Assembly: GCF_006345805.1 (NCBI RefSeq)
Contig: NC_043015.1
Span: 7,068,001 to 7,132,000 of the forward strand
DNA: 64,000 nucleotides
Direction of reading: 5' to 3'
DNA from: Octopus sinensis
Taxonomy: Eukaryota
In this document: piece after piece, positions 1 through 12,829 of the stretch
How the letters are laid out: each line of letters begins with the position of its first letter
Position numbering within the stretch: position 1 is the first letter of the stretch
The notes under the pieces: model-generated
Seen by the model: the letters and a program-made list of their open reading frames with translations, nothing else
Told to the model about the DNA's origin: nothing
Database searches by the model: none
Position numbers and translations under genes: made by a program

Positions 1-3000
1 TCAACGCCCATATTATATTTCATTCAGTTTAATTTTATTATTCTAAAATCTTGAAATCAATAATTTTATTTTGCATGAATATGTGTTATAAGTAGGTGCG
101 AATTTCCAATTATCCAAAACCTCTTGAAAATAACTTTTCTGCACACACAATCTACACATTGGTTGAGTTTGAAGCAGTATAAGTTGTTTCAAACGATGCT
201 TTATGTATAGAAATTAAATGCATTAAATTATGAAACAATTTTCAATTAAATCATATTTAATAAGCACCTCGTTAACTAAAGATATTGTATCTAAAAGTGA
301 GGTGTTATTTAATAAAAATCTTACGTAATGTATATTCAAATATGCAGAATGGATTTGGGGTAATAATTAATAAATTAAATATCCACATTAGCTAGATAGC
401 ACAAAATTATTCGTTTATTGTAAAAGTATTTTTTCCCTAAATAAATGCATAATTATATATGCGTATACATTTCTGTTTAGATTTAAATGCTTTTTAGAAT
501 TGCCATCGCTTCAACATTTTCACATTTTACTAAAACTTTACTAATAAACCTTGAAAGTAACATCTATAAAATTGTTCGGTTTCCTAAAATAAAACCCCAG
601 CCAGATCTGGCTAAAATTAAGCTGTACCATCTTAAAATGACTGAGTTGGACAATCATATTAAGACGGTATAAATTAGATGTAGTAGAATGCGATCATCTG
701 AATTGCAGATATACCAGGACTAGAAAACAGTAACATTAACTCACAAAATTCTAGTATTCATATGGTACCAAACCTAGGTGAATCGTTAAAAATGTTCCAG
801 CTTATTTTTTATCAAGGCTCTCAAACGTTCCGCAAAATAGGTGAGGATCACCGGTAACCATCGTTTAAAAAGGTTTATTCATATGATAATAACATGCTTT
901 GTGTTCGGAAAATGACATATATGAATGTACTAAGACGAACCAGCACTGATGATCTGCTCTCAATCAGGTTGCAGCCGAGTATTGCAGTGTGTCAGCTTTA
1001 GAAATCGTGATGCCTTACTGGCTTCGACTTGAATTAAATTGATTGGTCACAGAAACTACATCATCAATTTTATCTCTTCAGCCCTTTAAACGTCTTTGGG
1101 AAATAACAAGCATGTATCTGGATTTACATTTTTGTAGTGAATGCCTTTCGGGCATGCTTTGCAGTAACGTTGAAATGATCGTTGTTACTAAGACATTTCA
1201 TATTTATTTCCAATAGTAAGCAAGCTGAGCGAGCTTATCTGTCACAGCCACCCATCTACCATAGATTCGAGAGTAAAATTTAGTTAATGCAAAATCCATG
1301 CAATGCTGTTGGAATGACATTCTGAATTGAACGTCTATTTGTCGCTCTCAAAAGAAAATCTGCATGTTTCACTCCTACAATTTTATTATTTCTCTTTGTA
1401 GTTCATTGATTACTGTATAAAAAGATGATGTATTTTAAAGGTAAAATGGTACCTGAAAAACTGTAAATATTTTACTAATAAATCTGGTTCAAAGATTTAC
1501 TGCCTATTCATTCCACTTTTCTTTTTGTCGCTCTGTAAATGATTCACCCCTCATAACTAACTGGTTTCATTTCGTTTGTACTCATATTTTTCTTGCAGTT
1601 GTTTGAAAGATGCGTCAAATTTATCGACGTCACTATTCTCTCAAGTAACTGGGATATCCAGTTCTTCCGGACGAAAACTTTAAAACAATTAAATTGAGTT
1701 GATTATCTGAAGAAACCCAATAAAGGTTATGGGATATAAAATTCTTACATCATGGTTCATTTTGAAATACTGGTATTGGAAATTTATTCCATATCTAAAG
1801 TCAATATCTCTAGTTATGTAATCGTAAAAACACACAAATTCAACGCCCATATTATATTTCATTCAGTTTAATTTTATTATTGAATATTGAGAAATAAAAT
1901 CAGCTACTGCTTCTATAAAATGATTTTTGGGCGTAACGTAAGTGTTAAAACATTACACAAAAAATGTGGTGAGAATTTCACAAAATTTATTGAATTTATA
2001 AAGTGGAAGAGTAGTGATATGTTCTGCTTAGTTAAAGTGTTGAAGATCCATTATAATGTAACCTAATGAGAAACATTTAGTTCTTTGTTTAACTCGACGT
2101 TGTAGAGTTTAATTATCTTGCCCTCTGACAAAACAGCAATTGCCAAGATGGAGTAATTAAATAACAAGAGGCCGAGAATATGTTGAGCAATCTACTCAAT
2201 CAGCAGTAACATCTGCTCTTACAATTTCCTCTCTTTAGTTATCCTTATCTTCACGTTCTTTAGTCTTCTATTCTGGTTTAATATTGGAAGTCAAACGGGG
2301 CGGGGTTATATCGCTACATAACATTTGTCCTTCTGTGTAGGAATTTAAGTTTGAGAGAAAACAGATCAAAGTTGATAAAAATTATTTAAAAAAATAAAAT
2401 AGAGTAAAATAAAAAGAATGAAACAATAACAACAGCAATAACAATAATAATAACAACAGCAACGATACTACGCCATCTCTACACCGATAGAACATAATAA
2501 AAAATAATACTGCAAAAACCACGAAGAAGTTTAACTAGTCTAATAGATACAAGAAATAATGACATAAAGAAAACAATATCAATCAAAAACCAGATTTGAT
2601 CTTTAATTTTCTTCTTTCATCGACAGTAAATGATTAGATAACCAGAACGAATACATTACTTCCTACATTTAACAATAACTTGTTGAGTGAAAAATTGTTA
2701 AAAGAAATGCTAAAGAAAATCCTTCTCCGCAGAAACAAAGAACGAAGAAACTACCAAAGTCATTCCATCTCCAGGAATGACTGTCCAGGCAGAAGAAAGA
2801 GAGAGTAGAATTTCAATTATCATTGCTCACTGAATTTTCACGTCGATGATGTTAATATTGTTGTTGTGTTATTTATTGTTTATTGTTGTCTATGATGATG
2901 ATGTTTTTGTTGCCAGTATTTTACGTGTTTGTTGCTGTGTTTTTTTTCCCACCACCCCATTTTTCTTATCTATTCTCTAAGATTAAAAAAAAAACCAACA

Positions 3001-4199
3001 ACAACAACAAAAAAACGTAGCCTATTATTTTCCGGTAAGTGAATTGTTCTTCAATCGAAAATAAAATTGATAGAAAATCTATGCTAAAAGGGAAATTCTG
3101 CTACAACACAAAAATAACTACAGTAGCCACTGTTAATCCTAATCCTATTACTATTAATAATAGCAATATAAACTATGACTGCTGCTGCTACTACTACTAT
3201 TACTATGACCACCACCACTACTACTTCTATTATCACAACCACTACTACTATTACACGACTACTACTACTACTACTGAGGCTGCTTCAGTTACTCATATAG
3301 CGGTTCTATTAATTGAATTTACGTTTTAACGGCAGGTTTTTTTAGTAATAGGAAAATAAAAGAGTAATGAGAAAGAAGAAGAAGAAGAAGAAGAAGAAGA
3401 AGACGTTGGTAAAAATTATATAGTAAAGGCTAGTTGCAAGCAGAAAGCAAGAAAAAAAAACGATAGCGAAAGGAAAAATAATAATAAAAAAATAAATGTA
3501 AGAGTAGCTTTATTTTGGAACAGAAAATGAAGCTTGGCTGAGATGTCTTAATAGAAACATGAAGTCCATGTTTTGGTAGTAGTCTTGTAACGCTTTAATG
3601 ACGGAGCTCAATGGGAGGATCACGTCACATCGGCTTTTAGTAACTCTATCTTTCTTTAGTAGTTTAGTTTAAAATTAGTTGATTCCTGGGAGTGGAAAAA
3701 TAATCACCCTTGGTTCAGTACTTGATGTTCTACTTTAATGAGAAATTAATACCCATGATGTTGTTAGTCGTGCGCTAAGGTAAATTTAGAGAAATATTTG
3801 TTCTTTTAAAATTTTATTTTAGAGATTGTGCGATTTTAATTTGATTGCATTGTTAAAGGCTTTTGATGTTTTTAGATAATTGGTTAGCTATCATCGAGCG
3901 GACTTATGATCAAAGGCTTCCCACCCGTGATCATCCTGTCGTTATTGTTTGCTTTCACGCAAAGCACATCTATGAACAGTATTATCCAACACTTCCTTCC
4001 TTTTCTTATGTGATAGAGATGTGGTATGACAGAGATTTAGCTGTTGATTCTAGAAAGTAAAGCATTCACTTAGCTGATTCCTGAAAGGCGCCCTTCTTTA
4101 AAGCTTTTATGCATTGATTATTCGTTAAAGAAGCAAAGAAAACAATAAAAAAATCTTTTTCTACTACTACTACTACTACCAGCACCGCTTAGAGTAGAA

Positions 4200-4242
<43 letters not shown>

Positions 4243-4776
4243 GTAACAACGACCACGACAATGAAAATAATACAGGAAAAAGAAGAATGATGATAATACA
4301 CGAAAAAGAAAAACACTTAAGATCGAAGAAAAAATGATACTGCTTAGTTGCAAAACAAACAAATAGATTCGAGAATCGATGACATGCACGAAAACAATAT
4401 CAATTAAAACAGATTTTCGTCTTCAATTTTCTTCTTTTATCGACACTAAATGTTTAAATAACCAGAAAGATCTTACTGCTATTATTGGCAGGTCTCAGGT
4501 CAGCTGGATGTAGATTCAAGGCGGATTGATTTATAACTATATGTAATAAAAATAAATCTCTGTCCAACGTTCCACTGATTCGGCCATTCTGTTATTCTGT
4601 CTCGATTCCACTGATTATGCAAGATAAATCTGCTATCTTTACTTATAGCCTTTTACTAAAATAGAAGTACGAACGTATTTCAATACAGAGGACATTGTCA
4701 AACGGTATAGAATGTATGTGTCAAGCAAAAGGATAGCTTTTCTTGAAGCTAGGAGGCATAATTGCGGTATGCTGAG

Positions 4777-5005
4777 CGGCGAGCTGGCAGAAACGTTAGT
4801 ACGCCGGACGAAATGCGTAGCCGTATTTCGTCTACCGTTACGTTCTGAGTTCAAATTCCGCCAACGTCGACTTTGCCTTTCAAACTTTCGGGGTCGATAA
4901 ATTAAGTATCAGTTACGCACTGGGGTCGATATAATCGACTCAATCCGTTTGTTTGTCCTTGTTTGTCCTCTCTGTGTTTAGTCCCTTGTGGGTAGTAAAG
5001 AAATA
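4777..5005 (+). mobile_element. SINE-A monomer, young (tail type 3), with 11-bp TSD
   Basis: Head CGGCGAGCTGGCAGAAACGTTAG (A-box-like), GAGTTCAAATTCC (B-box-like), body GCCTTTCA..TTTCGGGGTCGATAAATTAAGTA, tail AATCCGTTTGT..AAAGAAATA; flanked by GGTATGCTGAG at 4766-4776 and 5006-5016. Confidence 0.9.
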
Positions 5006-5133
5006 GGTATGCTGAGAGGCAAAGTTGCTCCAAGCTATTTGGCATCCTTGCGGTATGTTTTGGCTGTAGATTTAAATACTTGCAATAGTCTTAGAGTTGG
5101 TTAAGCTCGCAAAACTGCTAAGGTAAATGTTAC

Positions 5134-5336
5134 TTTCAAAGTTTGGCACAAGGCCAGCACTTTCTTGGAAGTAGCTAAGTCAATTCCATCGACTCCAGTG
5201 CTCAACTTGTACTTATTTTATCAACTCCAAAAGGATGAACGGCAAATTGAAACTCGGCGGAATTTGAAATCAGAACGTAACGAAATGCCGCTACATTTTT
5301 CCTAGCGTGCTAACAATTCTGCGAGCTCACCGCCTT
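5134..5336 (-). mobile_element. SINE-A, old diverged copy
   Basis: Reverse complement of head (CTAGCGTGCTAACAATTCTGCGAGCTCACCGCCTT), B-box (GGAATTTGAAATC) and body motifs. Confidence 0.8.
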
Positions 5337-5602
5337 CTTTAATGTAAATATTATCCTTATTACTATTTAGAGAGTATGACATATTCACAGAATCCATAGA
5401 GCATCAGATAAGTGTCTTGTAATGTTCGTTTCACCTTTTTTTGCCCATTCTGATCTCAAAACCTTTATTGGTCAACTTAGCCTAGCAACTTTCAGATTTT
5501 GATAAAATAAAACACAATGTAGTACTGGAGTTAATTTAATCAAATAGCACCAGCCTTCTGATTTGAGGCTTTGTGCCTACATAGTAAATAATTATTACTT
5601 AC

Positions 5603-5770
5603 TAGAGATGGCCGAAATGTTAGAATGTCAGACAAGATGTCAAAAAATATTTGTTACTGATATTTACTTATGGAGTTCAAATCTCAAAAGTGCCAAATTT
5701 ACAGAATCTTTCCAGGGTTGATCAAATAAGTACGATTCAAGCTATGGAGTCGGGTGAAGTGCCTGAAACC
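5603..5770 (+). mobile_element. SINE-A, highly decayed copy
   Basis: GGCCGAAATGTTAG..GAGTTCAAATCTC..GGGTTGATCAAATAAGTAC in the expected order. Confidence 0.5.
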
Positions 5771-6924
5771 GATTGTTGTACAGTGAAGAGGCAATGGCGT
5801 TTTTATTCCGAAAAGAGAGTTATATCGAGCGAAATGATTAAAGCTCTCATATGACAGAATAACTGGTATGCTCCTGGAAGCTGTCTAGAAGGTTCTGTCG
5901 TGCAGTAAAACAAAGAATATAAATAAAATAAAGAAGAGTATGCGGTAATGTTTGGACAATAGAAAGAACGGTTTGAAATATTGAATTACACCCGTGAAAC
6001 TTCAGTGCTCAATTCCCCATGCAAATTTAATTTTCAGTCTTCCAATTTCAAGAAAAATCTCGTACCAGCCATGAACTGAGGTCGAATAAATCGACTACAT
6101 TCCTCTTCTTGATTTTAAGTAGAGATTGTAAAAGATATTCAAAGCAGTCATATATTACATTACTGATTCTTTTCACTGATGACAGAATAACAGAATGATG
6201 GAATCAGTGGAGCGTGTGAGTAGAGGCTTTGTGAGTATTTAGTCGTGTATCTTTCCATTTCTGAATTTACCTCACCACAAATTGAAATCTAATAGCAGTA
6301 ACTAATCTTGGATAATATAGCCCTTATAAAGATCCCCTTAAAAATGGGGAATAATCGTACCACACGTCATAGATTATGCTTCAACATCACTGATCTGAGG
6401 TTAAGCAAGAAGAACGTTCGAACGATTTCAACTTTGAACTATCTCTGTATGGAGTTGATAAAATAAGTTGTAACGAAGATCTTCGATCGATGCAACCTTT
6501 ATCAATTTAATATCAATTTAATAGCTTCCGTGTGGAACAGAGCATGGGTACACCTATGCTCGTCACGTTCTCTCAGGTCCTTTGAAAGTTTTTGATAACA
6601 AACAAGATAAGAGGAGGTCGTTGGCTTTTCGCTTGATCCTTCTCGATATATCTTTAAGGAATTATACAATATAAATTGCAGTCATAAGAGTGTGACAATG
6701 CAGACCTTCCGATTCAAGTGGGAGGCTAGAAGATATAATCAGTTCGGTGAGTTGGCCCCAAGGCTTGCAAAAGAATGGTACTTATGACCATATGATGATA
6801 TTATACTGGAGGATAAGTTAAATTTTAGCTCCATCTAGCTATTTCGCTGGGTGATTACTCCGAACAAAATAATATGGAATGCAAATCGTAAAGCATCCGG
6901 TGTAATATGTTTACATTTCAGCCA

Positions 6925-7080
6925 GTGCACCGTCCTATACTGAAGCGAATTTATCGACCCCGAAATGATATAAAGCAATGCAATCTACGGGATATTTAAA
7001 TTCAAGGCCCAGACAGTTGAATCAAATACCATACAAGGCATTCTAAAGGAAACGTCAATGTTTCTAACAATTCGCCACCT
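6925..7080 (-). mobile_element. SINE-A, highly decayed copy
   Basis: AATTTATCGACCCCGAAA (reverse complement of the body motif) followed by a weak head match. Confidence 0.45.
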
Positions 7081-7451
7081 TGTTTTTAAAGGTTCAAGAA
7101 AGAGAGAGAGAGGAAAAGAGAAAAGAGAGAGGGAAGAGAAAAAAAGATAGAGGGAGAGAAAGGAAAAAAGAAAGAAAAAAGTGTAAAAAAGAAAAGAAAA
7201 GAAAGGAAAAAAGAATGAATGCTCTCAGTTCATGGCCAGTACATTGTCGATATCGGAAGATGAAAAAAAAAGTAGTTTGACATTGGCGGCATTTGAACTC
7301 AGACAGCGAGGATGTTGAACAATGACCATACAGCACTTATCTAACATTCCTGACGTTTGCAAGAAATTGCCACTGAACTCATTTATGCAACCTCCTACAC
7401 AACTTAAAAGCCCTTAGTACTATTTCTTTAGCAACTTCCTACGTGTATGTT

Positions 7452-7496
<45 letters not shown>

Positions 7497-8449
7497 TATA
7501 TATTTATGTATATGTATCACTCTCTCATTATATATATATATATATATATGTTCATGTGTGTGCATGTACGTTTTTAATATCTTCTAGTTAATTATTCAGT
7601 TTCAATATATAACTTTCTCTGTGAGTGTAAATCGATTTTATTTTTTCTAAAAACCTAGAATACTGTTGTAATATCATATCCATTAATATTTTCAATTTAT
7701 ATATTTTTTATTATAATCTGCAAGCGTGTTCCGAAATATTATAATTCTATTAATTTTACTTGAAAAAATAAGTTGCATTTTAATACAAATTCTGTTGAGA
7801 GATATGAAGTCAGCATATTTACAAGAAAATGACATGTAATTATATATATTTATGTACGTATGTGTGTGTACATTTTTAGGAAGATAGCATGTATACTAAG
7901 CAGAGACAACATCTGCTGCAGTTTTTATTTTAATAATAATTCACTCGATATGTTTATGTTTAAAACGTGTAGCAGAATATTGTATGGCTTGCAATTTCAA
8001 ATATTGTGTTAGCTACATTGATAAACTGGTAAGATATCATTTCAGATTATTAGCTAAATACACATCCATTCCTGGTCATCAATTTCGGTATGCTTTCTTA
8101 CAATTTGTTAGACTTACTGGATACAAAGATGCATACAGTGAGATCTCGCTGTATTTTATTTCGACCAATGAAAGAAACTGTAAAACTTGAAGATGTTATA
8201 CAAGCAGTTAATATGAGCTGCGACTATTGTCTTCTCAATGAGTCTCAAATATTGCAATTTTCATTTTTGTGTATTAAAACAAAAACAACAATGACAATAC
8301 CAAAAGTTTTTTATGGAAAAATAAAATGACAACCAAAATTACTTCCTTTATTTGACGTAAAGTATGTGTGACATGTTTGATATTCTTGCGCATTTATATG
8401 AGATTAAATGCGTCGCTTCTCCATAAATGTTTTATTTTACTTCATGTAA

Positions 8450-8812
8450 TATTATATATATACATATCTATATATACATACATATATCTATATATATATC
8501 TATATATATATATATATATATACATACATATATCTATATATATACATACATATACCTATATATATACATACATACATATAACTATATATATACATACATA
8601 CATATATCTATATATATACATACATACATATATCTATATATATACATACATCTATATCTATATATACATACATACATATCTATATATATACATACATATC
8701 TATATATATACATACATATCTATATCTATATATACATACATATCTAAATACATACATACATATCTAAATACATACATACATACATATCTAAATACATACA
8801 TACATACATACA

Positions 8813-8848
<36 letters not shown>

Positions 8849-8862
8849 TTTATATATATAAA
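8450..8862. repeat. Compound (TA)n/(TACA)n microsatellite
   Basis: Direct reading; source of the I/Y/H-rich ORFs at 8368 and 8427. Confidence 0.95.
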
Positions 8863-8877
8863 TATGGGATTTACAAA

Positions 8878-9045
8878 AAGAAAACAAAAAACGAAGACGG
8901 TGTGAAAACAACAAACAGATGTATTAGTTTTACGCTCGGGAAGTGAGAAAATCTTTTACGTTTCGCGCCTACGCTCTTCAACAGAATGTAACACACATGA
9001 AATAAGCAGAGAGAGAAAATGAAAAAGGTTTTGTGGCTAGCAATC
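8878..9045 (-). mobile_element. Repeat family C, copy 1 (hammerhead-like motif at 8953-8988); possible PLE terminal-repeat derivative
   Basis: ACGAAGAC..ACAACAAACAGATGTATTAG..ACGCTCGGGAAGTGA..ACGTTTCG.GCCTACGCTCTTC.ACAG shared with 49200, 50872, 51072 and (inverted) 55318; (TA)n on both sides. Confidence 0.75.
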
Positions 9046-9072
9046 AATAAGTGTATGTATGTATGTATATAT

Positions 9073-9108
<36 letters not shown>

Positions 9109-9321
9109 CATACATGCATACATACATACATACACTTATATGCAAAGTGCAGACAACTGACAACAACAAACCAAGAAACTATGTTGACCCTGTGGAAATA
9201 ATTTATTCGCAGCCGCCTGCACTATTGCTTCCTTTTATGGTCACCCCATTGTGCTAAACTAACAACGGAGCTTGAGGCAGTCTAACGTCACTACACTAAA
9301 AAGACTGAAACAGTGCAGCGA

Positions 9322-9482
9322 ATGGGCTACAGGGATAGGCTGAGAAGACTGCAACTTTACTCGCTGGAGCGAAGGCATGACAGATAAGCAATAATCTACA
9401 TATGAAAAACTCTAGAAGGGCTACTACCGAATTTCGACATTGAGTGCTATGCAAACGCTAAAATTGGCTGTCATTGTTTTGT
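9322..9482 (+). mobile_element. CR1-like LINE ORF2 C-terminal remnant, interrupted by an RTE insertion
   Basis: Translates MGYRDRLRRLQLYSLERRHDR*AIIYI*KTLEGLLPNFDIECYANAKIGCHCFV, matching the CR1-clade 'Y.ERL..L.LYSLERRR' region; in-frame stops sit at likely Y/W codons; frame resumes as (FV)PLYC after 10177. Confidence 0.75.
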
Positions 9483-10166
9483 CATCATCATCCTTTGACC
9501 AACCTATGGTTAGTCGGATCTCCCTTTACAATCCCTTTCCACACTACACGGTCCCTCATTTTAGTGTTCAGATCTCTAATATCCAGCACTGAGTCCCGAG
9601 ACATAGTATCTGGAAATGTCAGTTTCCTGCAGAAAACGCTTCCAGAAGGATGCCATAGGAGCAGAGATGATATAACCTCTTTCTCTGCTTGTAGCCGTTT
9701 CTGTTTTAGCTTGAGGGATATTTGTATCAGATTTCTGTAGATGTTAATAAGTGTTCGGTGTGATCTCCAACTGATGTTCCAGATCTTTCTGAGCAGATTG
9801 GTTCACCCTAGTTGCTTTTATGAGAGCCAATAAGGTCCAGGTCTCTGATTCGTAGAGAAAGACCGGCTCAATAAGTGTTCTAAATGTTTGAACTTTTAAC
9901 TTGTGTGGAAGGTTTGAGTGCCAGATCTTATCAAGTCTGTTACATGCATTCCAGGCAAGAGCTTTGCAGATGCGAAGGTTCTTTTGAGAGTCTGCTATGT
10001 GAGATTCAAGATATTTGAAGTCGTCAACGTTTTTGATTGATATATTACTGAGCGATTTAAGTTCAGTGAACTTGAAAGAGGTCGTGATAAACTCTGTCTT
10101 ACTCTCGTTCCAGTAAAGGCAGACCTGGTTTGCTGCTGCTTTCAATGTTACTTCAAACAGACTCAC
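9483..10166 (-). mobile_element. 5'-truncated RTE-clade LINE with (GAT)n tail and 11-bp TSD
   Basis: ORF 9744..10169 gives VCLYWNESKTEF..VDDFKYLESHI..ALAWNACNRLDKIW..LIEPVFLYESETWTL (RTE RT C-terminus); after a frameshift ISWRSH..LLLWHP..MRDRVVWKGIV ends in GGATGATGATGA; CATTGTTTTGT at 9472-9482 and 10167-10177. Confidence 0.9.
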
Positions 10167-10242
10167 CATTGTTTTGTACCATTGTATTGTACGAGAAAGC
10201 GATAAATCTGATAGTCTATCAAGTATGTGTGTATGTGTGTAT

Positions 10243-10521
10243 ACCTAAAGCTTCACGAGGCTGCTGCAGGGGGTGGTGGGGAACCATGCTGTACTCTTTC
10301 ACTACAACTTTCTCTCACTCTTTCTTCCTGTTTCTGTTGTATCTGTATTTCAAAGGGCCAGCCTTGTCACACTCTGTGTCACGCTGAATCTCCTCGAGAA
10401 CTACGTTAAGGGTACACGTGTCTGTTGAGTGCTCAGCCACTTGCACGTTACTTCCACGAGCAAGCTGTTCCGTTGATCGTATCAGCTGGGACCCTCATCG
10501 TCGTAACCGACGGAGTGCTCC
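10243..10521 (+). mobile_element. 5'-truncated SINE (middle module shared with 46708, 3' tail shared with 27005)
   Basis: ACCTAAAGCTTCACGAGGCTGCTGCAGGGGGTGGTGG..CTTTCTCTCACTC matches the 46708-47001 element; GGGCCAGCCTTGTCACACTCTGTGTCACGCTGAA..GCTGTTCCGTTGATCG matches 27005-27185 (-). Confidence 0.7.
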
Positions 10522-10580
<59 letters not shown>

Positions 10581-10599
10581 CAAATAAGAAAATGGAGAG

Positions 10600-10966
10600 G
10601 ATAATCAATCGCCAAACATCAACCTGTAGTCATTCATTTGTATCTATTAATTGATTACAATCATAAGTATAAGTAATCAAAATAATCAAATGAATTAGAA
10701 CAAATGAGTGAAAAAATACTAAGCTCTTACGGCTGTTTCTAGTATGGGGTTGCCCCATAGTAGAAACAGCTGTAAGGGCTTAATATATTTCACTCATTCT
10801 TATTCATTTATTCTTATTCATATCTTCCTTTTTATTTATCTATTTATTTACTTGTTTATTTGATTATTTCATTTGTTTATTTTGATTACTTATACATATT
10901 ATTGTAATCCATTAATAAATAGATATAAATGAATATCTACAGGCTGATGTTTGTCGATTGATTATC
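10600..10966. repeat. Imperfect foldback palindrome with 3-nt loop at 10750-10752
   Basis: Outer arms ATAATCAATCGCCAAACATCAACCTGTAG / CTACAGGCTGATGTTTGTCGATTGATTAT; inner arms TAAGCTCTTACGGCTGTTTCTAGTATGGGG-TTG-CCCCATAGTAGAAACAGCTGTAAGGGCTTA; right arm has about 65 bp of extra T-rich sequence. Confidence 0.9.
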
Positions 10967-11506
10967 GTTTTATATCTGAAATAACAATTCAGTCATTCTT
11001 TGCACCTATCAAGGAAAGATTCCTGATTATATATATGCACACACACACACACACACACACGCACACAAACACATACACACACGCGCACTCACACAGACAC
11101 ACAGACCCCTCACACACATGAGGGTCTGGTATTCTTTGTATATACGCTTTTGTGCGTACTTTTATACTGTATCGTTTTATACTTTAGACAGTCAAAGACC
11201 TTTTGATACATGCATAAATTCGGGAACAATGGAATTTTATGTTCATTTTCCGTGGTATTTTCCTAAACACAAAGGCGCTTTCAGCACCACCTCCGCCTTA
11301 AGTTTTCTAATACATGTAATATTAACTATGTTTCGTTGCGACTGTGTGACTGTAACACTGAAGATGTTATGCACGTTAGAAGGCTGAACAAAAATGCTTA
11401 CAATATTTATTTCCCCTTCAACTTAGTTGTAAATCAAATTGAAATTAGCTGACAATTTTGGCTTTTATCAACCTATTATCAATAATATTTATTCCAACGA
11501 AGTATT

Positions 11507-11645
11507 AAGGCGACGGTTTGGTAAAATCTTTGAAGCACCGAGGAAAATGGCTGCGCCATTTGTTCTGTCTTTTAAGTTCTAATTTCAAGAAATTACAAGC
11601 TAAACTTTGCTTTCATTCTATCCCGATCAATGAAATTAAATACCT
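11507..11645 (+). mobile_element. SINE-A, old decayed copy
   Basis: AAGGCGACGGTTTGGTAAAATC..CTTTGCTTTCATTCTATCCCGATCAATGAAATTAAATACC. Confidence 0.55.
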
Positions 11646-11991
11646 AACTGAGAAGGTAGAATGCTAGAATTAATGGAGATGTAGACAGTGTAATTTGTAT
11701 AATATGCTGCATCTCTTCATGTTGAGTGCAAGAGCAGGATTGGCTTACTTGTCTGTGTCTGGCCGATATCATTGTGTCTTGTTATAACAAAACAAGGAAA
11801 AAATGCTTAAGGAAAGCCTAGAGAATCTACTTTTGTATTCTGCGTAGACAATTCCGAAACCGCCTAACAGCGCTTGTTAAGAACATAATCATTTTCCACT
11901 AACTGAACTCATGGCACGTTCTAAGCCATCGGTATATTTAGTTATGTAGGTAACCTTCAATGAGATAAAAACAAAAGAGTCTGAAAAATGC

Positions 11992-12368
11992 GTTGCGTTA
12001 TTTACTTTTAGCTCTTTACATCCTGAGTTCAAATACAGTCGTGGTCAGCTTTGTCTGTTATCCTTTCGGGGTCGATAATAAAACGTACAATTTAAGAACT
12101 CGAGTCGATAAGATAGACTTATCCTGTTCCCTAAAATTATTGACCTGGTATCCATCTTATTTAAAAGTTTTGGCAAAAACCCAGTAGTTTCGGTAGAGGG
12201 GACAAGTCGATTACATCAACCCAAACACTCAACTGTTACTTATTTTATACACCATGAAAGAATGAAAGGCAAAGTCGAGCCCGACGGTATTTGAACTCAG
12301 ACGAAAAGTTGGGAGAAATGTCGCTAAGACTTTTGTTTGGTGTGCTAACCATCCGTCCAGCTCGCTGC
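11992..12368. mobile_element. Two old SINE-A copies tail-to-tail (+ about 11992-12170; - about 12171-12368)
   Basis: CTGAGTTCAAATAC..TCCTTTCGGGGTCGATAA on +; then GAAAGAATGAAAGGCAAAGTCGA..ATTTGAACTCAG..GTGCTAACC..CCAGCTCGC on -. Confidence 0.75.
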
Positions 12369-12402
12369 GTTATCTTGTGTCACTATTGGAAATAATAATA
12401 CT

Positions 12403-12801
12403 CGGCGAGCTGGCAGATCCGTTAGCACGCCGGGCGAAATGCGTAGCTGTATTTCGTCTGCCGTTACGTTCTGAGTTCAAATTCTGCCGAGGTTGGCTTT
12501 GCCTTTCATCCTTTCGGGGTCGATAAACTAGGTACCAGTTACGCACTGGGGCCGATATAATCGACTTAATCCGTTTGTCTGTCCTTGTTTGTCCCCTCTG
12601 TGTTTAGCCCCTTGTGGGTAATAAAGAAACAGATATTTCATCAATATTTTTCGTCCTGAATTCAAATTCCACCGGTATCGACTTTAGCTATTCATCCTTT
12701 CGGAGGTCGATAAAATAAGTAGCAGGTGAGCTCAGTGGTCTATGTAATAGACTTACTCTCTCCTCGAAATCCATGGCCGTGTGCCAACATGTGAAACCAA
12801 T
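12403..12801 (+). mobile_element. SINE-A dimer-like (young unit with tail type 3, then an older headless unit)
   Basis: Full head and body, tail ..ATAAAGAAACAGATATTTC, then second CTGAATTCAAATTCC..TTCATCCTTTCGGAGGTCGATAAAATAAGTA and old tail GGCCGTGTGCCAACATGTGAAACC. Confidence 0.8.
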
Positions 12802-12829
12802 GTAAGAATTAATTGATATTAACATTAAC

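Noticed and set aside
1095-1190. Minus-strand peptide YCKACPKGIHYKNVNPDTC resembling a Cys-rich EGF/ephrin-receptor-like repeat
   Set aside because: Short, bracketed by stops, no convincing acceptor site, no neighbouring repeats.
7080-7280. K/R/E-rich ORF resembling a nuclear or basic protein
   Set aside because: Purine-rich (GA/GAAA)n low-complexity tract.
7976-8028. AG/GT-bounded segment encoding NIVWLAISNIVLATLIN (GPCR TM2-like)
   Set aside because: Good donor but no polypyrimidine tract, lacks the conserved Asp, and no other GPCR exons were found.
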